DNA of 64,000 nt from Bacteroidia bacterium (GTDB taxonomy: Bacteria; Bacteroidota; Bacteroidia; M30B66): positions 64,001 to 128,000 of the forward strand of contig CBDIHM010000003.1 of NCBI GenBank assembly GCA_965279035.1, in the 5' to 3' direction. This document shows, in pieces, positions 50,137 to 61,358 of the stretch. A program made the translations under genes and the position numbers. Below the pieces are notes generated by a model that searched no databases, was not told the origin of the DNA, and saw nothing but the letters and a program-made list of their open reading frames with translations. The stretch's first letter is position 1. Each line of letters starts with the position of its first letter.

Positions 50137-51081
50137 TGTTAAAGCGTCCTGATCGCCAAATTGCCGGCTAAGGTTTCGGCGAGAGCCACCAAATAATTCT
50201 TCCTGCTCGGATATTAGTACTCGCGATCGCAATTGATGCTAAGCTTGCTACCACTGCAGTATTGCTGGGAAATCAAGCAAGATGTCAAGTTGCTTGCCGC
50301 CAGCCTTGGAAGTTTGTCTTTTGCCGAAAGAAGTCTAGGGCCACTACCCCTGTGCTAGCGTAGGGCTTGGGAGATTGAGGTAACAAACAGGGCAACCCCC
50401 TTAATTTAGTCACAAGGCCTTGCTAGGGCCAAATCCCTTGCGTTAGCAGAGGGTATGGGTGTCTGGCGTTATATTGAGGGTATCTCTCTTATTTAAATAA
50501 CCTAGATCCATGCGGAAGTTCGAAAGTTCTCGCAGTGGAATGAATTTTCGAGGAAGAGATCTATGTTGCAAATTCATGGTGATGACGATGTATTGTGTGC
50601 GACAGTTCACGTGGATGTGTTGATCCTTGGACAAATAGTCGACGTCTGTACACTGTCGTAGTCGTTGGATTGAGCTCGTGCGTGTGAGCGTTCAGTAACG
50701 TGGGATATACCTCGGGTTGGTATAGTCATATATATCATTCTCAAGTTTTACAAGTATTCAGTTGCTCCGTATATAGGGGACCAAGCAAATGTCTGCGAAA
50801 GCATGGCATCGCATGCTTCTACTCCACCTCGTACAACTAGTGGAGCGTTAGTACTGTTTACTATGAGGGACTGAACTTCCAAAAGGTGCAGCCCCAGAGA
50901 TACGCACGCTTGTATATCGCTTACAAGTGACCTTTTCTACTTGACCAGGCAATCCTGCTTCTGACATCGACAGCCAGGACTGCACCTTGCCTCTCACTAT
51001 CCCAGAAGGATTTAATTGGTAGCTTTAAAGGCTTCAAGCTTCATCGCTCTGAGCAGAAGCAGTGCATGCGCAGGGCGGTGC

Positions 51082-54000
51082 ATGGCATGTAAGGCTTGGC
51101 ACCTGGCCCTGCTCGCGGCCTGCCTGCTGCACAGCACAGGGCTTGCGCAGAGGAGTTCGTCCGGGGGAACTGCCTCTTCGTCCCGTAGCGGGGGGTCCTT
51201 CCGGGCCACCGCACCGCCACCGCCGCGCGCCGGGTCCAGCAGCCGTGGGGAGGACAGCAACAGCGGCAGCGGCGGCTTTGTCACTACCTTGAGCGGCGGT
51301 ATGTGCACACCTGCGCTTCTGATGTCACTCCCTGCACGCTCAGCTCTCCGCCTGTGAGCAGAGCCGCCTCTGTTTCCGCGGCAGCGCGCGCTGCAAGAAC
51401 AAGTGCATTCCATCTGTTGGCCATCTGTTGGTACCAACGTTGCCGCCGCTTGCAGCCGCATGTAGTGTCTCATTTGATTTCAGTTGCATCAGAGTACCTG
51501 GCCCAGAAGCAGCCAAACTTGAGACTGTGGCAGAGGAGGGCCTCTGAAACCTGCAGCAAGAAGCACAATGCTTCAGGAATGCTGCGCAGCCCTAATTGAC
51601 AGTGTCCGTGCATGATGGCGCAATTCCGTCTAGCTCAGAAGCTGACTGTGGACATGTCCCTGCAGGGTCGTCCTCCAGGAGTAGCAGTGGGGGGACCAAC
51701 AGCAACAGCGGGGGGTCCGCATTTGGGACCCTCTCGGGCAGTTCATCGTCAGCTGCTTCTTCTTCTTATGGGTCCTCCAGCCGTGGAGGCAGCAGCCAGG
51801 ACTCCTCCTTCCCAGGGGGAGGCCTGTCCACCAGTGGCAGCAGTAAATCCCAGGACACTACTAGCACTTTGAGCAGCGGCAGCTCACAGTCTGCGGGCAC
51901 TACCACCACGAAGACATCGGCGTCCCCTAGCACGGGCACATCGGCCCTGACAGATGGCACAACTTCAACCACAACAGCAGCAACCACTTCTGCCGCCAAG
52001 CTTGTTGGCACAGTCACCAGTACAACCTCCACGTGAGGCACAGCTGTGTGGATGACACCCTCATGCCCAATGACGCTTTTCATACAGTGTTTTTGGTACA
52101 CCTTGTGAGAAATATCCAGCACAAATTCCGTGCATGCGTGTGAAGAGGCAGCTTATGATCCTGCTGCCATGCAGGAATCCGCACACCCAAGCAACTGGTG
52201 AGTTTGCCAGTAAATTAATTACCATGTGTGGCTGCACTGGGCCAGGAGTGGATGTGGAGTCGGGGGTTTGACCAACTGCGGAGGTGGAAACTCCGATCCG
52301 GTGATGTATGGCTTTGCCGGCCGCGCCTTCAATTTCATGGGCGACTCCGGCAAGATCTACAACATCATCTCCACCCTTAACATCCAGGTGCGCACACCTG
52401 GCCGCACATGACTGCACATGCCTTCACAGAAGTCACTCACAGCTCGCCAAGGCATCTGCTTGGCATGCGGTTTGCTGGCTTGATTTGAGGGCAAGCAAGA
52501 ACAGTTATAACGTAACAAATGCAGCTGGAAATGCTGAATGCTGACTCTTTGCTGTTGCAGGTGTCAATGAAGCTGAAGCTAGCACAGATGTGGGACCATA
52601 ACGGCACAAACATGGAGGTGCGCTCACTCCCTGACATATTCGTGACAAAGACTGCTGCTTGAGGAACGCGTGCGCCCATGATTGTCAGAACTTTATGGAT
52701 GGGAACGCACTGCAGTCTGCAGCAACGAGAATGCAGCAACGATGAGCATGGACTGCTTTTGGGCAGGCAATTGGATTCATGTACCGGAACTACAAGGTGC
52801 TGGTTTCGCTGGACGCTAAGGAGGACGTGGTCGGTGAGTACCCCTTAGTCACCCTAATTAGACAAAATGTCATCATTTTTCACAAGTAGTCAAATCGAAG
52901 CCGAGAAACATGGCAACAGCATAGACAGGATTGTTGTGCATTACTGTATGCAGCATTCTTGGTGAGCCAGCTTGCGGGTGCATGCTGCAGAGAGTATCAG
53001 GAAGCCATCTAGCGTGTGCCGACATGTGCTGGCATGTGTGCCCGCAGTGACGGCACAGGGGCGCACACTCAAGGTGAAGAACATGGCGAAGCACTACGCA
53101 TGGCGGTTTGACGACGGTGCATATATTCAGACGACATGGGAGCGCTACAAGCCGGGCCTGGGCAACACCGTCACCATTGAGACCGGTGCGCTGCAAATCT
53201 GTATCTGACAATTTGACCCAATCTGACATATCTGACACCTTCTGACTCGTGAGAATCCACAGTATATAGCCTGCTCTTTCCATGCCTTCATGCCTGGTTG
53301 GCAGAGTGGAAAGGAGAGCCAACAAGGCGGACACAGGCCATTCCATTTTTCGAGCACTGTGGCGCGTAGTGATGGTTGCTTTTCAGGCTTGTTGGCTGTG
53401 CCACGGGATGTGTGGTCTACCATGCTGAACAACCCAAAAGGCAGACAACTTCATGCTGGGGACTGCAGCAAAGCATAGGACTTGATGGTTGCACTCCTGC
53501 TGTGCAGTACTGCTTGTAGTGCTCAGCTGAATTCCTTGTGTGTGCAGATGTGTTGAAGATGACCATCTGGCAGACGCCGGCCGGTATTGTGGACGAGGGT
53601 GGCATGATCCTGGGAGCCTGGCTCAACTTTGGGCTCAGCCTGGAAACGCCTCCGGCCAATGGCCTCATGCATGTGCGCGGCGCTGTTTATTTTTTGCCTG
53701 TCTTCAATCAATGACAAATGTCTGGAATGCCATGTGGCTTTGTAGAATGGGGACACAGTAGTGGCTCCAACTCAAGAGTGGGATCTCCAGTCCCTCGTGA
53801 AGCAAAGTGACCCACAAGCCGAACCTAGGAATGACCAAGTTGGCCGACTGGGGGGCAGTTTCGCTTGCGCTGTCTGGGGGAAAGCAGTGCCAAGAAACAG
53901 CTCGGCAGTTCGTTTGCAGGACCCTGTATGGCTTCAGCGTTGGCAGGCATACACGAAAGATTCAGTGGCAAGCTGACACGGCAAGTTGACATGGTTCCAG

Positions 54001-54546
54001 GGGATCGTGGGCGGGACTTATGACCGCTTCATAATGGGCGAGACGGCCGTCAGCGACCCAAAGAGCCAGCTCTACCTGCCTCCTGATGTGAGCACCTCCC
54101 TTGCGTAATATCTGCTTGTACAGTTCATAGATGAGCATCAAAGCGGAGTATTGCATGCAGCAAGGAGGACAGGTTTTGGTCCCGCGCAGATGGCCCTACA
54201 AGGGTGGCACTTATGCGATGTCTCTTTTACGATTTCATGGATGACACTGCTCGTGACATCTGCACTGCATAGTTAATGGTGCCGCAGATGACATCAGCGG
54301 CTTTGCTGAGGTGGATGTGTTTGGCAGGGGGCGTTCCACGGCCGGTACAAGGAGGAGGAATATGAGATGGCGGACCATTGGGACACCACCTTCAGGGCGA
54401 ACCTGTTCGGGGTCCAAAACCCCTTTTCCCAGACGCAGCAGCAGGGGCGGTCAAATCTGGAGATCGACGCGCCTCAGGGGCCGTTCCCAGCTTTTGCCCG
54501 CGCATGCTTCCTCTGCGCGGCCACACCCTCTGGCCACACTTTCTGA
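51082..54546 (+). CDS. Secreted Ser/Gly/Thr-rich protein with C-terminal root-cap/VWD-like domain (paralog A)
   Basis: Signal peptide MACKAWHLALLAACLLHSTGLA; S/G/T low-complexity exons; then CGGGNSDPVMYGFAGRAFNFMGDSGKIYNIIS, GTNMEAIGFMY, WLNFG, GIVGGTYDR, ending FARACFLC...HTF*. Confidence 0.88.
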
Positions 54547-57338
54547 AGCATTTTTTAAATCTTTTTTGGCACTGCCCTTCCTTCAGTGCTGTCTATTTTT
54601 AGCACTGTCACTGTGGAAGAAAGCCATACGCAGATGTGATGGATGCTTAGTTTCCAACCTCTTCATTCTTTCCCTGGATAGTCATGGGAAGCATGGGTGG
54701 CACATCCTGCAGCCGTGCAATTTGTCCTGCGGCAAAGGAAGTTATGTGGTTTCACTGATCTTTTGGTTCAGGCATATTTCGAAGTCTTGGTGAAGCATTG
54801 AATGCACCTTGGGGTCATTGCTGATCAGGCTGAGAATGCTGCATTTTTCCAAGTAGAATGCGGATCATGAGGCTTGATCAGCAGGCGTTGCACAAAGGCA
54901 TTGAAGGCCATTGCTTCAAACCTTTTGCAACGGGACCTTTCTTGGTTGTTGGCACATCCTCAGGTTCATAACTGTATTATTGGGGTATGTGGGCCAGTGC
55001 AGAAGTTGGTGTTGTGCAGCTTCAGATTGGACATGTTTTACTCAAGCTGCTGCCATGTGTGTGGCCGCCAGCTGATAAAGGAAGTGAGTTTCCTTGACAT
55101 TCTTGAGAATACCGTAGCACCGTGCATCTTGCCTTTCTTTACTGAGAGGGTGTGGTCGCTTATTTATTGGCAGTTCACCAGGCAAATTATGTGACAGGTT
55201 GATTGTTTGGTGACAGCAATGTTACTGTACATCTCGATTGGATTTGCCTTGTGCGCTGCTGCTAAATGATTGCCAATGACATTGACAAATTGCCATGTAT
55301 TGGCAGAGTACTTCACTTCAATGCACGTTGTTCTGTTGGAGCTGCTTCTAAACTGATACTATCTAACTGATAGTATCAGGACGATTTTGAAGAACTTGCA
55401 GCCTGCATTTTAAGTGCCTGCGACTTGGCTGCACAGTACCTTGTAAGCATATTCAGGCTGCCAGCTGGATTTCTTAAGGCTGCCCCCTTTTTACATTGCT
55501 CTTGAGCCATGGCCAGGAATTGACTGCAATTAATTCTGTGAGCAGGCCACATGGCCACTCCAGCAGGATGTCACTGTTGGAAACCATTTGTGGCAGCTGC
55601 AGTGCATTTTGTGCACTTCCACTTGATGCAGTGATCAACAGTCATAGCATGGATTGTTCAACAAAAACCCCTCAGGCCATGGCAGCAAAGATGTGCACAC
55701 TCCCATACTATTATCAGAAGGGCTGTGCTGGGAGTGACACTCAGGCAGAGCTGCCTGCAGCCTGCTATACTGAATTGCCCCAAGGGCATGCGCCCCACAA
55801 TGCCAAGAAGCAGTACAATAGAATCTACCCGAAGCTAACACTGCCGAATGCATGCAAGGATCATCTGATGCTGCAGCAAAGAAATTTGCTGGTCAGCCAG
55901 CTGGCTGCAGCCAGCAGAGGTGAGTCTTGGAGAACCGTACAGAGCAAAACTACATGCAGAACCAGGCTCAATCCTTGGCACAAGACTCATATATGCGGAC
56001 AGGGTTATCTGTCATGATTTGTTAAGCAGATCTGCAGGAGTTTTGCTATATCTCCGCACAGCAATCAGAGATGTAAAAACCTCCTTTTATTTAGACGTTT
56101 GCTGACTTACTTCATTAACCAGCTTTAAGAACCTTCAGTCGCTACAATACGTAAAAGAAACGAGATCAAGCCTGGGAGAGCTCCTGAACCAAGCAGCAGG
56201 CTCGAAACAGGCGTCATCCCGACTTTTTTTTACCGATCATATGAGGGTGCTGTCCACATGTTGCTGCTTGGTCATACACGCATCTTTACCAAGCAACAGG
56301 TGAGAAATTAGCAGGCACTGAAGTGTTGTATCGGGCTGTGCGCTTGAAGCTATTCAAGCCCTGTGCTCAACATCCTGGACCAGGGCTTTGGAACAGGGTT
56401 GATATCGAATATATTGAGGAGGGCTTTTGAGGGTTCCGCTAATCTTAGGGACAGAAAGGGGATTGCAGACGATCAAACTGATCAAAGCGATGACTGACAG
56501 AGCGCGTCCTGATGAATCATTGTGAAGTTCGAGCTGCTCTAAGAGGTCACCGACACCTCGGTTCAAGCAAATTCGCGATCTTCAAGCAGGATCAAGCACC
56601 ACAAAGTCCTGGAATTCAGTGCTCACAGCCTAGAAGTAGGACTTTGAGAGGGATCCACGGAGAGTGTAGCAGCAGGAGGCTGAAGGGTCGGAGCAGTCTT
56701 TGGCAACGAACAGTGACCGGCAGCAAAGTAAAAGCCGGAGAATCAGTGAGCGGCAGTCCATAGGTGACTTCTATGTACTTTGACAGATCGCTAGCGCATC
56801 AGAAATCCCGCAGTGTTATTCTTGGGTGGAGAGTTGGTTCCGGAAGCGCATGGTGACCACTGCGGTGGGGATGGGCAACGTCAGCAGTGGCTGATGCCTC
56901 CTTCGTGCAGATACCACATTCGATGTGGCCCTCAGTAGCTGTTTCACAGCGTGGTCAGCCTCGTCAAGCTTGCTCAAGCTGAGGCGGTGACTTGAAAGTG
57001 CAAACGATCGGCCTTTTGTCACCGCTGCGGTTGAACGCACCGCGGAGACGTGGATAAAACTCTCGTTGCTAGGTGTTTCTTAGCGCTATTACGCAATTCC
57101 ATCGCGGGTATAGCGCTAGGGTGCGGGTACACAAGCTGCAAAGCCGACTTCCTGCTGCTGAGCGAGCACGAGAGAGTTCTGTGTGATGCTCTGGGTCCCA
57201 GATAGCTGCACGAACACTCCAGCTGGTGTCATTCCTGAAGGACCAGGTCGATGTGACCATCTACATCAGGACTCAGCTCCTGTAAGCAGGGCAACGAACT
57301 CAAAGGCACTGCTGATCTGCTGCGCAGGAAGAGACCAG

Positions 57339-60300
57339 ATGTCCAGCAGGGCCTGGCAGATAGGCCTGCTGGCGTTCTGCCTGCTGATAGCCACAGCCAA
57401 TGGACAGAGCAGGGGGGAGGCAGCAGCCGGGGGTGGCACAATGGGAGGCGGTGGAGCTAGAGGGGGGTACAGGACCCCCCCAGCCCCCAGATACGGCAGC
57501 AGTGGCAGCAGTGACGACAGGGGCAGCACCGGCGGCTTTGTGACAACTCTCAGCGGAGGTGCGCGCATTCTCCACCTAATCTTTAGACTGCTCAGTGCAT
57601 GCCGCACGCTCTGATCGAGCGCCCTTGATGCCAAACCTGCAAGCAGCCTTCTGAGCCCAGCTGCGCAGAAAGATCGCCACCGTCCGTGCCTGTCTCTCCT
57701 CCATAAATCAGCTCTGCCCTACACGGCGCACTGGAGTGCTCGGAAGTTCAGTCGATCGTCCACTAGATGAGGCAAGGTGTGACTTGAGTGAAACTTGTAG
57801 CTGAAGCCTGTGTCCATGCTTTGGCATGCAGGTGGCGCCACATCCGCAAGGGGCACCACTTCTGGAAGTGGAAGTGGCAGCGGCTTTGCAACCACTTCTG
57901 CTGGCCTGACATCCGGCGGCACCCGCGCCGGAACATTAGGTTCATCAGGTTCATCAGGTGAACTACTTCGCCGCCCAGCCTCGCCTGCATTGACTCAGAG
58001 GATCAAACAGCACCCAGGCGCCTTGTGCATGCCACCCTGAGTGGCTTGTGGCGCACTGTCCAAGCATAAACAGCTCTGCCAGATACTAGTTATCCGCACA
58101 TTCATGTGTGACAGAGAAAATAGGTGCTGACCGGTCGGGGGCGTTGCCTTTTGCAGGCACATCAGGCGGCACATCGGGCGGCAGCTCGGGTGGGACGCTG
58201 GGAGGATCTTTCGGCGGCGTGTCTGGCGGGCAGGCCACGGGGAATTCTGGGTCCTTCAGCGCCGGCAACAGCGGGGGGTCCGGAAGCGCCGGAACCACCA
58301 CCGGGGGGTCCACTTCCTCCTCGTCCTCAGGTACAGCCTCGGCACGTCTTCAAAGATTGCGCAGAGTTCACAATCTTTTCACTAAATTGGTTCCAGAAAC
58401 TAAATGAGGAGGCTCCTTGGTTGCCATTACACAGTGGGGGTGTCACCAGAGTTGTCAGAGTCTCCGAGCACCTTGATAGCCTGCAAATTAACAAGCATCT
58501 CCGCTATGCTTCAAGACTGGAGCCCATTGCTGTTGAAGCCTCTTCATTTTCCTGGGAAAGGTCAGGAAGATGTGATTCTCAAGGCATCACATTGTATTGC
58601 GCAGGTACATTCTCTCAGACGCGGGGGTCCGGCACTGCCACCACCACTACGGGCACCACCGGGAGGGCTGACACCACCCCAGCCACGACCACCACCACCG
58701 CACCCGGGGGGACATCCGCTGTCATCTCTGGCGGCACTGCCACGTGCGTTCCCTCTCCCTCCCTTGAAGTCTTATCATGCTCTCTTCCATGCTACCAAGT
58801 GGGACTTTATGCCCTTGGTTTGAGAGAATCTTCTCCTCATGTGTGTGAGCTCCCGCTGGATTTCGTCATGCCAGATGCCCGGTGGATGGAGTACAAAGAT
58901 TGTGCTCCTACTTGCAGTCGCCGACCCTCAGACTAGCAGCACACTGCCAGCAAGTGCACTCAACAACAAAAAATAATGCCTGTCGGTGAGCTCATGGCAT
59001 TGCAATCGTGCTGCTGTCTTCAAGAAGGAGTTCTGACACGATTGGCGCCTGTGAAACAGTGCGGCGACGTGCGGAGTGGACGGCAACCCGGCATGCGCGG
59101 GCGGCAACTCCGATCCCGTAATGTACGGATTCGCGGGCCGCTCCTTCAACTTCATGGGCGAGGTCGGCAAGATCTACAGCATCATCTCCACGCAGACCCT
59201 GCAGGTGCGTGCTCAGGTTGCTTTGATTTTGAACTCTGGAAGGCTGCACTGTGGCCAGAGCTGTGTGCATCTCAATCTGAGCACGCAGCCCTGGCCGCGT
59301 GCTGAGAGTGAGATGCAGACATGACCCGTTGCTGTCCAGAGAAACTGAAGAGATAGTGGTGGATTCCTGAATCCAAATGGCTTTGGGTGTTGCTGCCCTG
59401 GGTGTTGCTGTTTTGTCTAGGGCTGTCAGGCACCAATTGCAGGAGAGTCAGTCCTATCATGAGGGCAGAGTGTCAAAGTCTTCAATATGAGCGCTGCGGC
59501 TGATGTGGCGGCTGGTGTGACTGGCGCAGGTGTCGATGAAGCTGAAGCTGGCCAAGATGTGGGACCATGAGGGCACCAACATGGAGGCCATCGCGTTCAT
59601 GTACCGCACCTACAAGGTCCTCATCGCCCTCGATGACAACCAGGAAATGACCGGTGCGCGCCCCTTTCTTATCCCTTCGAACCCCCTGCAATGATCAGTC
59701 TGCTGGCCTGTGCATGCAAGACTTCAACGCCACAGTTTGATCCTGCAGGAGTATCCTCCTATTTATTTTCTGCCCATGCATTCACTCAGGCGAGCAAGGC
59801 GTATCTGGAAGTGATTTGAGGCGAGTCGAATGGGTTTGTTTGCTGCCTTGCTGCTTATCATGCCAGCGCTGCACAGCATGCATGCCCTTGTGCTGCTCGT
59901 GCTTTCCAGCAGGCTTTAAAAATGAAGATTGAGCATACCTGGTGTGCTGTCTGTTATGTCTGAAAATGGCGGCTGATTGGACTATGTTGTGTGTGCGCGC
60001 AGTGTCGCTGCAGGGCAAGGTGCTGAAGGAAAAGAAGACAGCGCAGCACCACGCATGGCGCTTTGAGAACGGCGCATACATCGAGACTGTGTGGGACAAG
60101 TACAAGCCTGGCCTGGGCAACACTGTCACCGTCACCACTGGTGAGTAATGCCTGCTACCTGCACCTGCCTGCACCTGCCCGCGCACTCCTCCTTCTTTCA
60201 TGCTGTACTGTCAAAAGCATCATGACCTACTTATGGTAGTTTGCATTGGGCATGGCGGCCAGCTCATCCGGGATTTTCACATCCTCTCCCCTGCTTGCAT

Positions 60301-61358
60301 GCCTCCTGAAGCGTCACTTTTGGAAGTTCCGGTGCTCCCAGTATTTATAGGCGTTGAGCTTATGTGCTGAGTGGGCTGATGTGTGCAGATGTGCTCCGGA
60401 TGACCATCTGGCAGACACCTGCTGGCATTGTGGATGAGGGCGGCGTTGTGCTCCCCTCTTGGCTCAACTTTGGCATCACCCTCCTGGGACCCCCCGCCAA
60501 TGGCATCATGCAGGTGAGACCCCTCTGCCGCTCTCCCACTTGTCTTATATAATGCACTGATTGCTGCAATCATATTCATGATTGTCCTCTCAGTGAGGAT
60601 GCCCCCAGCTGTAAGGAATGCCGTTAGTATGGAAGCCACCTCTCAAAATGCAGATTCGATACCTATTTATAGTCTCTTTGAGGCTGTCTCTTAGCCAGGT
60701 CCTGTACAGCTGCCAAATGTCTTCTCTACAGAGTGCTGACTGGTGCATTGTTCTTATCTGCAGGGCATTGTGGGAGGAACCTATGACCGCTACTTGGAGG
60801 GCGAGTCTGCTGTCAGCAAGCCCGAGAGCCAGCTGTACCTCCCACCTGATGTAAGCAACCCTCATCCTTCCTCTTGCACGCTTATCCCTGCCCAGATCAG
60901 GTTTTTTGCCATGTCATGCCTTCATACCTAGCAGGCTTAGCCTCCTCTTGGAAGCATTTTCTGAGCAAGCCTGTCATTCTCTGCTACCAAGAGAATGCAC
61001 TGCTTCCCGCCAGGAGTCATTTTGCACCCAAGAACACCACTGCTGACTTGTGCAATAGAGATTGCCAGAAATGTGTCCAATATGCAAGATTCAGAAGAAT
61101 GTTGGGAGCAAGTAAGCTGACAGGCATGTGCCGGCATGTGTGCAGGACGCGTTCCACGGCAAGTTCAAGCAGGAGGAGTACGAGATGAAGGACTTCTGGG
61201 ACACCAATTTCCCGGCCAACCTCTTCGGCATCAACTCACCCGAGATCAAGGAGCGCTCCAGCCTGGAGGATGACACCAATCAGGCGGTGTTCCCTGTCTT
61301 TGCGCGCGCATGCTTCCTCTGCGACCAGACACCCTCCGGCCAGAGCCACACCTTCTGA
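57339..61358 (+). CDS. Secreted Ser/Gly/Thr-rich protein with C-terminal root-cap/VWD-like domain (paralog B)
   Basis: Signal peptide MSSRAWQIGLLAFCLLIATANG; G/S/T-rich exons; then CAGGNSDPVMYGFAGRSFNFMGEVGKIYSIIS, GTNMEAIAFMY, WLNFG, GIVGGTYDR, ending FARACFLC...HTF*. Homologous to paralog A almost exon for exon. Confidence 0.88.

Noticed and set aside
54800-57200. Possible gene between the two secreted paralogs (ORFs 55496-56017, 56354-56566, 56816-57040)
   Set aside because: No coherent exon chain or recognisable domain.
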